Assembly: GCF_965641715.1 (NCBI RefSeq)
Contig: NZ_OZ282453.1
DNA length: 64,000 nucleotides
Source of the DNA: Escherichia coli
GTDB lineage: Bacteria > Pseudomonadota > Gammaproteobacteria > Enterobacterales > Enterobacteriaceae
Strand: one strand, 5' to 3'
Part shown: positions 52,216 to 63,356 of the stretch, piece after piece
Layout: each line of letters opens with the position of its first letter
How positions within the stretch are numbered: the stretch's first letter is position 1
Made by a program: the position numbers and the translations under genes
Notes under the pieces: generated by a model
Told to the model about the DNA's origin: nothing
The model's input: only the letters and a program-made list of their open reading frames with translations
Database searches by the model: none

Positions 52216-53490
52216 CAGTTATATTCGCTCGGCGCAGCGTTAGTGTTTCATGAAATATTTTTTCCTGAATCATCAACGGCAATGGCGTTAATTCTGGCAA
52301 TGGGAACCTACGGTGCAGGTTATGTGGCGCGTATTGTCGGAGCATTTATTTTCGGCAAAATGGGCGACAGAATAGGGCGTAAAAAAGTGCTCTTTATTAC
52401 CATCACCACGATGGGGATCTGTACCACCTTAATTGGTGTGTTACCGACCTATGCACAGATTGGTGTTTTTGCACCCATCTTGCTGGTGACGCTGCGTATT
52501 ATTCAGGGGTTGGGTGCAGGTGCGGAAATTTCCGGTGCCGGTACGATGCTGGCGGAATATGCGCCAAAAGGTAAGCGCGGAATTATCTCCTCATTTGTAG
52601 CTATGGGAACTAACTGCGGAACCTTGAGCGCAACGGCAATCTGGGCCTTTATGTTCTTCATTCTCAGTAAAGAGGAACTGCTGGCGTGGGGATGGCGTAT
52701 ACCGTTCCTGGCGAGCGTTGTCGTGATGGTCTTTGCTATCTGGTTACGTATGAATCTGAAAGAAAGCCCGGTCTTTGAGAAGGTTAATGACAGCAACCAA
52801 CCGACAGCAAAACCTGCACCTGCTGGTAGCATGTTCCAGAGCAAATCCTTCTGGCTGGCAACAGGGCTGCGTTTTGGTCAGGCGGGTAACTCCGGGTTAA
52901 TTCAGACTTTCCTTGCAGGCTATTTAGTGCAGACGTTATTGTTTAACAAAGCAATTCCAACAGATGCATTGATGATTAGTTCGATTCTCGGCTTTATGAC
53001 CATTCCGTTCCTTGGTTGGTTATCCGATAAAATTGGTCGCCGGATCCCGTATATTATTATGAATACCTCCGCGATTGTGCTGGCATGGCCAATGCTTTCT
53101 ATCATCGTAGATAAAAGCTATGCCCCGAGCACCATTATGGTTGCACTGATTGTGATTCATAACTGTGCGGTGCTGGGATTATTTGCTCTGGAAAACATTA
53201 CCATGGCAGAAATGTTCGGCTGTAAAAACCGTTTTACCCGGATGGCTATTTCTAAAGAAATTGGTGGTCTTATCGCTTCCGGTTTTGGTCCTATCCTGGC
53301 GGGTATTTTCTGCACCATGACGGAATCCTGGTATCCGATCGCCATTATGATCATGGCATATTCAGTGATTGGTTTAATCTCTGCGCTGAAAATGCCAGAA
53401 GTGAAAGACCGTGATTTAAGTGCGCTGGAAGACGCTGCGGAAGATCAACCGCGTGTTGTAAGAGTTGCGCAACCTTCCAGAAGTCTGTAA
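52207..53490 (+). pseudogene. ydfJ: 3' portion of MFS transporter gene ydfJ (N-terminally truncated by prophage)
   Basis: 427-aa ORF starting at the Met of ...EFMDFQLYS...; multi-TM MFS sequence; continues the frame begun at 6529. Confidence 0.8.
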
Positions 53491-53578
53491 ATCCTCAATC
53501 CCTTCTCTTACCGGAGAGGGGATTTTTATTCATATAACAAAACATGTAGCTTGCCATATTTAAATTTAAGGAATTGTT

Positions 53579-55039
53579 ATGGGAAATAATTTGTTATCAG
53601 CAAAGGCGACACTCCCTGTTTATGATCGTAATAACCTGGCCCCAAGAATTGTTCATTTAGGCTTTGGTGCATTTCACCGTGCGCATCAGGGCGTGTATGC
53701 CGATATTCTTGCTACAGAACATTTCAGTGACTGGGGATATTATGAGGTCAACTTAATCGGCGGCGAACAGCAAATTGCCGATTTACAACAGCAAGATAAT
53801 CTTTATACCGTTGCGGAAATGTCGGCCGATGCGTGGACGGCTCGCGTCGTTGGCGTCGTTAAAAAAGCCTTGCACGTACAGATTGATGGCTTAGAAACCG
53901 TGTTGGCTGCGATGTGTGAACCGCAAATCGCGATTGTCTCTCTGACAATCACCGAAAAAGGGTATTTCCACTCTCCGGCGACCGGACAGTTAATGCTCGA
54001 TCACCCGATGGTCGTTGCCGACGTGCAAAATCCCCACCAGCCGAAAACAGCAACAGGGGTGATTGTTGAGGCGCTGGCTCGCCGTAAAGCGGCAGGACTT
54101 CCCGCATTTACCGTCATGTCATGTGACAACATGCCAGAAAACGGTCATGTTATGCGTGACGTTGTCACTTCCTACGCGCAAGTCGTTGATGTAAAACTGG
54201 CACAATGGATCGAAGATAACGTGACTTTCCCATCAACAATGGTGGACCGTATTGTGCCCGCAGTGACAGAGGATACGCTGGCGAAAATCGAACAGCTTAC
54301 CGGTGTGCGCGATCCTGCTGGCGTTGCCTGTGAACCTTTCCGCCAGTGGGTAATCGAAGATAACTTTGTTGCCGGACGTCCGGAATGGGAAAAAGCGGGA
54401 GCAGAACTGGTTAGCGATGTACTGCCTTATGAAGAGATGAAGTTGCGCATGCTCAACGGCAGTCATTCATTCCTGGCGTATCTGGGTTATCTTGCCGGAT
54501 ATCAGCACATTAATGACTGTATGGAAGATGAACATTATCGTCATGCGGCGTATGCCTTGATGTTGCAGGAACAAGCGCCGACGCTGAAAGTGCAGGGCGT
54601 TGATTTGCAAGATTACGCTAACCGATTAATTGCACGCTATAGCAACCCGGCGTTACGCCATCGAACCTGGCAGATCGCGATGGATGGCAGCCAGAAATTG
54701 CCACAGCGGATGTTGGATTCTGTTCGCTGGCATCTGGCGCATGACAGCAAGTTCGATCTGCTGGCGCTGGGCGTCGCGGGTTGGATGCGTTATGTCGGTG
54801 GTGTTGATGAACAGGGAAATCCGATAGAAATCAGTGACCCACTGTTACCTGTTATTCAGAAGGCTGTACAAAGTAGTGCCGAAGGGAAAGCGCGCGTCCA
54901 GTCATTGCTGGCGATTAAAGCAATCTTTGGTGATGATTTGCCAGACAATAGCTTGTTTACTGCAAAAGTGACGGAAGCGTACTTGTCTTTATTAGCGCAT
55001 GGCGCGAAAGCGACCGTGGCAAAATATTCCGTGAAGTAA
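53579..55039 (+). CDS. ydfI: Mannitol-dehydrogenase-family oxidoreductase YdfI
   Basis: 486 aa; [15 protein letters not shown] nucleotide-binding N-terminus; synteny. Confidence 0.88.
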   Translation: MGNNLLSAKATLPVYDRNNLAPRIVHLGFGAFHRAHQGVYADILATEHFSDWGYYEVNLIGGEQQIADLQQQDNLYTVAEMSADAWTARVVGVVKKALHVQIDGLETVLAAMCEPQIAIVSLTITEKGYFHSPATGQLMLDHPMVVADVQNPHQPKTATGVIVEALARRKAAGLPAFTVMSCDNMPENGHVMRDVVTSYAQVVDVKLAQWIEDNVTFPSTMVDRIVPAVTEDTLAKIEQLTGVRDPAGVACEPFRQWVIEDNFVAGRPEWEKAGAELVSDVLPYEEMKLRMLNGSHSFLAYLGYLAGYQHINDCMEDEHYRHAAYALMLQEQAPTLKVQGVDLQDYANRLIARYSNPALRHRTWQIAMDGSQKLPQRMLDSVRWHLAHDSKFDLLALGVAGWMRYVGGVDEQGNPIEISDPLLPVIQKAVQSSAEGKARVQSLLAIKAIFGDDLPDNSLFTAKVTEAYLSLLAHGAKATVAKYSVK

Positions 55040-55074
55040 AAAAAGCAATGCCGCCATCGGCGGCATTCACACGC

Positions 55075-55278
55075 TTAGTTCATGCCGAGACGAATCAGGT
55101 CCAGTGGTGCCAGTTTCTCTTCACAACCTTCAACAACTACGGTTTTTCCGCGGCGGATTTGCTCAGCGGTCAGACCTTCAGTATCAATCGACAGGATCTT
55201 GCCAGTGTGACCGGTGCCGCTAACCATAACACGGCTGCCAGTGGTGATTGCGTTACGGTTACGATCGTAGGTCGTCAT
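55075..55278 (-). CDS. ydfZ: Small protein YdfZ
   Basis: 67-aa [36 protein letters not shown]...; synteny. Confidence 0.8.
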
Positions 55279-55454
55279 AGGTGTTTTCTCCTTTCTGATT
55301 TACAGTCGAAGCCCACGTAACGGGCGCAATATAAATACTCCTGTCGAGTGAAATATTTTTTGTTTTTGATCAAGCTCACATCTTTTTTGATGCATGCATG
55401 AGCCATAAGGCGGGGGTAAAGACTCTCACCCCGGATGGGATGAGAGGAAATGAA

Positions 55455-56141
55455 TTACTCTTCGCTAAACCAGTCGCTGTTTTCCTGGCGGATCTGGCGC
55501 ACGGATTCGCTGATTTCCTGCAAATGTTGCGTCATTGCACGTTCTACCGCATCGCCATCACGTTTTTGCAGGGCAGAGAAAATATCAAGATGCTGGCGTA
55601 ACAGCATTTCTGGTGGAGAAACGTGGTCGAAACTCATATAGCGCACGCGATCAACGGTCGCTTTCAGGTTCTCAATGGTATCCCACGCCAGTTGACAGTC
55701 GGCAATCTGCGTCAGGAGTTGATGGAAGTTGTCATCAAGTTCAAAAAAATCATCCAGTTGCTTGCGCTCAATGGCAATGCGTTGCTGGTGAAGATTTTGT
55801 TCCAGTTGGTAGCACTGGCTTTCGGTAATCATGCTCGCCGCCCGACGCGCCACCGCGCACTCAATGGCCTGACGGATAAAACTGCCGTTGCGCACCTGGG
55901 CCATGGAAATTTTGTTGACGTAGCTGCCACGCTGCGGACGAATTTGAATCAGGCCGTTTTCCGCCAGTTTAATAAAGGCTTCACGAACCGGCTGGCGTGA
56001 CACATTGAAACGAACAGAAACTTCTTTTTCCGACAACGGTGTGCCTGGAGCAATCAGGCAATGGACAATGTCGCGACGAAGGATACGATAAATTTGCTGA
56101 TTGACAGGCTGTGTGGGATTAAGTTGCGTTTCGACGGTCAT
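55455..56141 (-). CDS. ydfH: GntR-family transcriptional regulator YdfH
   Basis: 228 aa with N-terminal winged HTH ([19 protein letters not shown]) and FCD domain. Confidence 0.88.
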
Positions 56142-56229
56142 TCGTTCTTGCTTGTGAGTGAGTTAACTGCATGAGTCTACCACTTTTTTGTGACAAGCAA
56201 TAACCCGGCAGTTACGCCGGGTATAAAAA

Positions 56230-56976
56230 TTACTGACGGTGGACATTCAGCCCGGCATAGCTTTGGGTAACCGGCATCATTTCCAGGGTATTGATATTGA
56301 CGTGAGCAGGCAGCGTTGACACCCACCAGACGGCTTCGCTGACATCTTCTGGCGTTAATGCAACGGTATTTTGATAGGTTTTTTCCGCTTTACCGTCATC
56401 GCCTTTAAAGCGGACATTGGAAAACTCGGTGCCACCCACCAGACCCGGTTCGATGTCGGTGACGCGCACCGCCGTACCATGCAGGTCCGTACGCAGATTC
56501 AGGCTAAACTGACGAACAAACGCTTTCGTCGCACCGTAAACGTTACCACCGGCATACGGCCAGCTGCCTGCCGTTGAGCCAATGTTAATAATATGACCAT
56601 GATTACGTTCAACCATACCCGGTAAGACGGCGCGCGTCATATATACCAGGCCTTTGTTGTTGGTATCAATCATCGTTTCCCAGTCTTCAATGCTGGCTTT
56701 ATGCGCAGGCTCCATGCCCAACGCCAGGCCGGCATTATTTACCAGGATATCAATATTGCTCCACTCGGCAGGGAGCGATGCCAGCATCTCTTCAATAGCG
56801 GCGCGGTTGCGAACGTCCAGTTGGGCGATGTACAGATTATCTCCCAGTTCGTCTTTTAACTCCTGCAACCGTTCCTGGCGACGGCCAGTGGCGATAACTT
56901 TATGCCCTTGTTGAATAAAACGACGAGTAATGCATTCACCAAAACCTGCCGTTGCTCCAGTTACTAAAACGATCAT
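56230..56976 (-). CDS. ydfG: NADP-dependent 3-hydroxy acid dehydrogenase YdfG (SDR family)
   Basis: MIVLVTGATAGFGECITRRF... SDR Rossmann motif; ORF 56230..56991 with internal start. Confidence 0.9.
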   Translation of the reverse strand: MIVLVTGATAGFGECITRRFIQQGHKVIATGRRQERLQELKDELGDNLYIAQLDVRNRAAIEEMLASLPAEWSNIDILVNNAGLALGMEPAHKASIEDWETMIDTNNKGLVYMTRAVLPGMVERNHGHIINIGSTAGSWPYAGGNVYGATKAFVRQFSLNLRTDLHGTAVRVTDIEPGLVGGTEFSNVRFKGDDGKAEKTYQNTVALTPEDVSEAVWWVSTLPAHVNINTLEMMPVTQSYAGLNVHRQ

Positions 56977-57112
56977 CTCACTGTTCCTCAACGCTTTTGT
57001 GTGTCAATAACATAGCACGTGATGCTTAAGAGCGGGTAATACTGGTTTGCAAGATTGCACTCCGTTATCAGTAAGCCTACGCTATGGAACACCTCGCGTT
57101 CAGGAGAAGAAA

Positions 57113-59158
57113 ATGACAACAATGAATCCTTTCCTTGTGCAAAGCACACTGCCGTATCTGGCTCCTCATTTTGATCAAATTGCCAATCATCACTATCGCC
57201 CGGCATTCGATGAGGGAATGCAGCAAAAGCGGGCAGAAATTGCTGCCATCGCGCTTAACCCGCAAACACCTGATTTCAACAATACTATTCTGGCACTGGA
57301 ACAAAGCGGAGAATTACTTACCCGCGTTACCAGCGTCTTTTTTGCGATGACTGCGGCGCATACCAATGATGAATTACAGCGTCTTGACGAGCAGTTTTCC
57401 GCTGAACTGGCGGAACTGGCTAATGATATCTATCTGAATGGTGAATTATTCGCGCGGGTAGATGCTGTCTGGCAGCGCCGTGAATCTCTTGGGCTTGATA
57501 GTGAATCCATCCGCCTGGTGGAGGTGATTCATCAACGTTTTGTCCTTGCCGGAGCCAAACTTGCACAAGCTGATAAAGCAAAATTAAAAGTACTGAATAC
57601 AGAAGCTGCGACCCTGACCAGCCAGTTTAACCAGCGGTTACTGGCAGCAAATAAATCCGGCGGTCTGGTTGTGAACGATATCGCGCAGCTGGCAGGAATG
57701 AGTGAGCAAGAGATTGCGCTGGCGGCAGAGGCGGCTCGCGAGAAAGGTCTGGATAACAAATGGCTGATTCCGCTGCTGAATACCACCCAACAACCGGCGC
57801 TTGCCGAAATGCGCGATCGTGCGACGCGTGAAAAACTGTTTATTGCGGGCTGGACGCGAGCGGAAAAAAATGATGCCAATGATACCCGCGCTATCATTCA
57901 ACGTCTGGTGGAGATCCGTGCACAACAGGCAACATTACTTGGTTTTCCTCATTATGCCGCATGGAAAATCGCCGATCAGATGGCAAAAACACCTGAAGCA
58001 GCACTTAACTTTATGCGGGAAATTGTTCCAGCGGCGCGTCAACGTGCGAGCGATGAATTAGCCTCCATACAGGCGGTTATCGATAAGCAGCAAGGCGGGT
58101 TTAGCGCGCAGCCGTGGGACTGGGCATTTTATGCCGAACAGGTACGGCGGGAGAAATTTGATCTTGATGAGGCGCAGCTCAAGCCATATTTTGAATTAAA
58201 CACGGTGTTGAATGAAGGTGTATTCTGGACCGCGAATCAGCTCTTCGGTATTAAGTTTGTCGAACGTTTTGATATTCCTGTCTACCATCCTGACGTTCGG
58301 GTGTGGGAAATTTTTGATCATAATGGCGTGGGGCTGGCGTTATTTTACGGTGATTTCTTCGCCCGTGATTCAAAAAGCGGCGGTGCATGGATGGGCAATT
58401 TTGTTGAGCAATCAACGCTTAATGAAACGCATCCGGTAATTTATAACGTCTGCAATTATCAGAAACCTGCTGCCGGTGAGCCTGCGTTGTTACTCTGGGA
58501 TGATGTCATAACCTTATTCCATGAATTTGGTCATACACTGCACGGCCTTTTTGCCCGCCAGCGTTATGCCACGCTCTCCGGTACCAACACGCCGCGTGAT
58601 TTTGTCGAATTTCCGTCGCAAATCAACGAACACTGGGCAACGCATCCGCAGGTATTCGCTCGCTACGCCCGGCATTATCAGAGCGGGGCAGCAATGCCTG
58701 ACGAACTGCAACAGAAAATGCGTAATGCCAGCCTGTTCAACAAAGGGTATGAGATGAGCGAACTGCTTAGCGCCGCACTTCTCGATATGCGCTGGCATTG
58801 CCTGGAAGAAAACGAAGCAATGCAGGATGTCGATGATTTTGAATTGCGGGCGCTGGTGGCGGAAAATATGGATCTTCCTGCTATACCGCCACGCTATCGC
58901 AGCAGTTATTTTGCCCATATTTTTGGTGGCGGATATGCCGCAGGTTATTACGCTTATCTGTGGACGCAAATGTTGGCCGATGATGGTTACCAGTGGTTTG
59001 TTGAGCAGGGCGGATTAACGCGTGAAAATGGGCTGCGTTTTCGCGAGGCGATCCTTTCCAGAGGTAACAGCGAAGATCTGGAACGCCTGTATCGACAATG
59101 GCGCGGTAAGGCTCCTCAGATTATGCCGATGCTGCAACATCGTGGCTTGAACATATAA
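57113..59158 (+). CDS. dcp: Dipeptidyl carboxypeptidase II (M3 family)
   Basis: MTTMNPFLVQSTLPYLAPHFDQI...; HEFGH zinc-binding motif. Confidence 0.92.
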   Translation: MTTMNPFLVQSTLPYLAPHFDQIANHHYRPAFDEGMQQKRAEIAAIALNPQTPDFNNTILALEQSGELLTRVTSVFFAMTAAHTNDELQRLDEQFSAELAELANDIYLNGELFARVDAVWQRRESLGLDSESIRLVEVIHQRFVLAGAKLAQADKAKLKVLNTEAATLTSQFNQRLLAANKSGGLVVNDIAQLAGMSEQEIALAAEAAREKGLDNKWLIPLLNTTQQPALAEMRDRATREKLFIAGWTRAEKNDANDTRAIIQRLVEIRAQQATLLGFPHYAAWKIADQMAKTPEAALNFMREIVPAARQRASDELASIQAVIDKQQGGFSAQPWDWAFYAEQVRREKFDLDEAQLKPYFELNTVLNEGVFWTANQLFGIKFVERFDIPVYHPDVRVWEIFDHNGVGLALFYGDFFARDSKSGGAWMGNFVEQSTLNETHPVIYNVCNYQKPAAGEPALLLWDDVITLFHEFGHTLHGLFARQRYATLSGTNTPRDFVEFPSQINEHWATHPQVFARYARHYQSGAAMPDELQQKMRNASLFNKGYEMSELLSAALLDMRWHCLEENEAMQDVDDFELRALVAENMDLPAIPPRYRSSYFAHIFGGGYAAGYYAYLWTQMLADDGYQWFVEQGGLTRENGLRFREAILSRGNSEDLERLYRQWRGKAPQIMPMLQHRGLNI

Positions 59159-59202
59159 ACACCACCAATGGCTGTCCTGGAGATATCGCCAGGCCAGCCT
59201 GG

Positions 59203-59721
59203 TTATAGCAGTAACTGCAGCAGCTGGGCGAGGGCAAATCTCACCGCTAAAGCTAATACCGTTTCGCAGTCGCCAGCAAAATGCATAACCGCAGTGTAGT
59301 TCTGGCCTTTAATATGCCACGCGAACCAGACGGTGCCCGCTGGCGTACCATCTTCACCGCCCTCCGGTCCGCCGTAGCCGGTAATGGCAATACTGACATC
59401 AGCATCTGCACGCTCTATGGCACCGGTTGCCATTTCTGCTGCCACTTTCTCACTCACCGCAGAATATCGTTCAAGAGATTGCTGGCTTACGCTGAGGATT
59501 TTCATCTTTGCCTGATCGGTGAAAGTAACAAAGCCTGCACCGTAAAATTTGGGTGTATCTTCAGCTGCACACAGGGCGCTAGCCAACTTACCGCCGGTGC
59601 ATGATTCGGCGGTAGTTAAGCGTAATTGATCCGCGATAAGTCTTTGACTCAACGCGGATGTCAGGTTTTCAATAGTGTCGGTATCTGCGAGTTGTACAAT
59701 TTTATCTTTATTAATGTTCAC
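59203..59721 (-). CDS. ydeJ: CinA-C-terminal-domain protein YdeJ
   Basis: 172-aa ORF, CinA-like sequence, synteny. Confidence 0.85.
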   Translation of the reverse strand: MNINKDKIVQLADTDTIENLTSALSQRLIADQLRLTTAESCTGGKLASALCAAEDTPKFYGAGFVTFTDQAKMKILSVSQQSLERYSAVSEKVAAEMATGAIERADADVSIAITGYGGPEGGEDGTPAGTVWFAWHIKGQNYTAVMHFAGDCETVLALAVRFALAQLLQLLL

Positions 59722-59996
59722 TGTTTTTTGTCCACGCTATTATATGTAAAGGTGATTTGCTTTTTCTGTATGCTCGTCCAATATAATAATTTTCAAACAT
59801 ATAAATACGATTATTCTGAAAATATGTTTAAGACTCTTCAATCTTCTTAACTTTAGTGAGTTAAATTCTCTGAATATTTGACAGCTAGTTGGCTGATTTT
59901 AAATGCCTTATAACAATTGGCAGTATTCTTATTTGGCAATTATAAAAATAGCAACCAGACTTAATAAGTCAAACCAAACGCAATTAAGGAGTTAGT

Positions 59997-60389
59997 ATGA
60001 AATTTCAGGCCATTGTATTAGCAAGTTTTCTTGTCATGCCTTATGCGTTGGCAGATGACCAGGGCGGTTTAAAACAGGATGCAGCGCCACCGCCGCCTCA
60101 TGCAATAGAAGATGGCTATCGCGGAACCGATGATGCAAAAAAAATGACCGTTGATTTCGCAAAAACCATGCACGATGGCGCTTCGGTTTCACTACGCGGT
60201 AATTTGATTTCTCACAAAGGAGAGGACCGTTACGTTTTTCGCGATAAGAGCGGTGAAATTAATGTTGTTATTCCTGCGGCCGTTTTTGATGGACGAGAAG
60301 TTCAGCCGGACCAGATGATCAACATTAGCGGCAGTCTGGATAAGAAAAGCGCGCCGGCCGTCGTTCGGGTCACTCATTTGCAGAAATAA
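59997..60389 (+). CDS. ydeI: OB-fold (BOF) periplasmic protein YdeI
   Basis: 130 aa with signal peptide [19 protein letters not shown]. Confidence 0.85.
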
Positions 60390-60642
60390 AAATAAATTAG
60401 CCCGATGGCCTGAACTACTGGGCCATTAGGGTTTGGGTTATGCTTTTTGTCATCCTTTTATTTACGATAATGCAGAGGTAATTTACAGAATTAAACACTT
60501 TTTTATCCGCTGATTTTGTTTTAAATCACAATGTTATCTCAGATATGACTCATAACTTCGGATTTCTATGAAAATATTGACGTAATTTTGCTTTTCTCTC
60601 GTTAGAATAGCGCGCACAAGGAACTGTGAAAAAGGAGTGGCA

Positions 60643-61533
60643 ATGATCAAGAAGACAACGGAAATTGATGCCATCTTGTTAAATCTCAATAAGGCTATCG
60701 ATGCCCACTACCAGTGGCTGGTGAGTATGTTTCACAGCGTGGTCGCGAGAGATGCCAGTAAGCCAGAAATAACGGATAACCATTCTTATGGACTGTGCCA
60801 GTTTGGTCGGTGGATTGATCATCTGGGGCCACTCGATAACGATGAATTACCTTACGTTCGGCTAATGGATTCTGCCCATCAACATATGCATAACTGTGGT
60901 CGGGAATTAATGCTGGCTATTGTTGAAAATCACTGGCAGGACGCGCATTTCGCCGCTTTTCAGGAAGGGTTACTTTCTTTTACTGCGGCATTAACCGATT
61001 ACAAAATTTATTTGCTGACAATCCGTAGCAATATGGATGTTTTGACGGGATTGCCGGGGCGTCGGGTTCTTGATGAATCCTTTGATCATCAGTTACGCAA
61101 CACTGAGCCTCTGAATCTTTATTTAATGTTGTTGGATATTGACCGATTTAAATTGGTTAATGATACCTACGGGCATTTAATCGGCGATGTAGTATTACGC
61201 ACCCTGGCAACTTACTTAGCCAGTTGGACGCGTGATTACGAAACGGTTTATCGCTACGGGGGCGAAGAATTTATCATTATTGTCAAAGCGGCTAATGATG
61301 AAGAAGCATGTCGTGCAGGTGTCAGAATTTGCCAGTTAGTCGATAACCATGCCATCACACATTCTGAAGGGCATATCAACATTACCGTGACAGCAGGTGT
61401 CAGTCGCGCATTTCCTGAAGAGCCTCTGGATGTGGTCATTGGAAGAGCAGACCGGGCAATGTATGAGGGTAAGCAAACCGGAAGAAATCGCTGCATGTTT
61501 ATTGACGAACAAAATGTGATTAACCGAGTTTAA
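60643..61533 (+). CDS. dgcZ: Zinc-regulated diguanylate cyclase DgcZ (YdeH)
   Basis: MIKKTTEIDAILLNLNKAIDAHYQWL...; GGDEF variant motif RYGGEEF. Confidence 0.92.
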   Translation: MIKKTTEIDAILLNLNKAIDAHYQWLVSMFHSVVARDASKPEITDNHSYGLCQFGRWIDHLGPLDNDELPYVRLMDSAHQHMHNCGRELMLAIVENHWQDAHFAAFQEGLLSFTAALTDYKIYLLTIRSNMDVLTGLPGRRVLDESFDHQLRNTEPLNLYLMLLDIDRFKLVNDTYGHLIGDVVLRTLATYLASWTRDYETVYRYGGEEFIIIVKAANDEEACRAGVRICQLVDNHAITHSEGHINITVTAGVSRAFPEEPLDVVIGRADRAMYEGKQTGRNRCMFIDEQNVINRV

Positions 61534-61752
61534 GCTCCGTTTAACATTCATTGAGAAAACTGATGCTACTGTGTCAACGATCCGTTATCAGTGCAGGAAA
61601 ATGCCTGTTAGCGTAAAAGCAAAACACAAATCTATCCATGCAAGCATTCACCGCCGGTTTACTGGCGGTTTTTTTTTCGCCGTCATAAAAATCAGGCCCC
61701 TTGTACACAACTGTAACAAGGGGCCGGTTAGGTGAGGGATTATCTCCGTTCA

Positions 61753-61848
61753 TTAGTCATCCCATTTGTGGCTGAAATACGCGGCCAGAAAACCAGAAAA
61801 TAAAATTATTCCCAGTACGGCCATAAAAACATTCATATTACCCAGCAT
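61753..61848 (-). CDS. mgtS: Small membrane protein MgtS (YneM), 31 aa
   Basis: Minus-strand GGAGG RBS then MLGNMNVFMAVLGIILFSGFLAAYFSHKWDD; below ORF-track size cutoff; matches remembered MgtS. Confidence 0.7.
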   Translation of the reverse strand: MLGNMNVFMAVLGIILFSGFLAAYFSHKWDD

Positions 61849-61974
61849 TATTTGCCTCCGTTTATGGTGTGGTGTGTTTCCTCGCTTACCTTAATTTTCA
61901 TCTCAATGAGAAACATATTAGCAGAGGTAACCTAAACGAAGGCTGAATTAAATTTTTATTGTGTTCGACTTAAA

Positions 61975-63162
61975 TCAACAAAGCGCGGGCTGCCTCCACG
62001 GTCTTGCACGAATCCCTTTTAACATCAGTACCCACGCAGCAATAATCACCAACGCTAAGATGATAAACAGCGAGGAAGGCGGCAGGTTGGTTAGCACTAG
62101 GCCACTCACTAATGGGTTAATTGCGGCACCAAGCCAGCCTAAAGACTGGGCGGAAAAATAGCTGGCTTTCATTCCTGGCGGCGCAATATGGTCAATCAAC
62201 ATATACTCGCCCGGCGCATAAATTATTTCACCGACAGTAAATACCGCAGCTGACATACCCCACAATAGCAGGCTGTTTCCGGAAAAAATAAAACCGACCA
62301 GACCGATGACGAAACAGAGGGTGCCTGCTGTCATCAGCGCGCGGATGTTAGCCGGGTTAAGTCGGCGGCCCACGGAATATTGCAACGTAACTACCATGGC
62401 GGCATTCACCGGAAGAACAACCGCGACCACCTTTTCGGCAAAATCACCATCAGCAATCACCATCACATATTGTGAAATGCATGAAGCAAATGCGCCACTA
62501 ACAAAAGAAGCCAGAAAGCCAGAGCAGGTAAACCACAACAGTGCCTTATCTTGTAATAAAACTTTCGGCGACCAGACACTGCCTGTTTCCGTGGCGATGA
62601 TTTTCTCGCTGCGCTTTACCCAAATTTGAATGAAAAACATGGGAAACGCAGAGCAGATAGCGGCCAGCCAAAAGGGCAGATTGATGCTCTGCATGACCAA
62701 CAGCGTGCCGAGTGGCGGGCCGACGGTCCAGCCAATATTGAGCATGGTGTAGTTGATCGAGAAGATCTTCGTTTTGCTGGTGGATGAAAGATTGTCGGCA
62801 AACCAGGCTTTCAACACTGTGGCAAAAACGGAATAGGCGCAGTTGATGAGTGCGAAAAAAAGTACCACCAGCGTGACGCTGTCCACCAGGGGAATAGCAA
62901 TAAAACCGCTGGCGAAGGCCGTAATTGCCAGTAACATATAGCGTTTCTTGTCGAACTTATCCGCCAGGATACCAAAACCGAGGCTAAAAACGACGCCAAT
63001 AGTGAGCGCAATTGTCATCGCATAACCAATGAGATCGACACTCAGGCTGTACTGACGACTTAAGTAAATGGTCATAAATGGCAGCGTAGCGCCGCGTCCG
63101 ATGGTTAATAACAACGACGAGGCAAGAAGGGCGCTGGTAGAGCGTCGTAGGGATAAGTTCAT
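61975..63162 (-). CDS. ydeE: MFS dipeptide exporter YdeE
   Basis: 395-aa multi-TM ORF; synteny. Confidence 0.88.
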   Translation of the reverse strand: MNLSLRRSTSALLASSLLLTIGRGATLPFMTIYLSRQYSLSVDLIGYAMTIALTIGVVFSLGFGILADKFDKKRYMLLAITAFASGFIAIPLVDSVTLVVLFFALINCAYSVFATVLKAWFADNLSSTSKTKIFSINYTMLNIGWTVGPPLGTLLVMQSINLPFWLAAICSAFPMFFIQIWVKRSEKIIATETGSVWSPKVLLQDKALLWFTCSGFLASFVSGAFASCISQYVMVIADGDFAEKVVAVVLPVNAAMVVTLQYSVGRRLNPANIRALMTAGTLCFVIGLVGFIFSGNSLLLWGMSAAVFTVGEIIYAPGEYMLIDHIAPPGMKASYFSAQSLGWLGAAINPLVSGLVLTNLPPSSLFIILALVIIAAWVLMLKGIRARPWRQPALC

Positions 63163-63356
63163 TTGTCTGTCCGGCAGTGCGTTTCGTTATGTTTTGTTTT
63201 AGAGATGTAAAGAAATAGCATGGCAAAAATCCGAAGTATAGCGACTTATTTGCGCATTAATGCCGTCGTAACCGGCGACTAACGAATCAACTGTTAAAGA
63301 AAAGTAAATTCAGCTAAGTTGATTGCTTACAAAAGATGAAATTCAGAGGCGGTAGA

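Noticed and set aside
61534-61752. Possible MgrR sRNA between dgcZ and mgtS
   Set aside because: Position is consistent with where I recall mgrR, and hairpins (ccgccgg...ctggcgg + T-run; ccccttgt...acaagggg) are present, but I cannot recall the sRNA sequence well enough to assign boundaries or strand.
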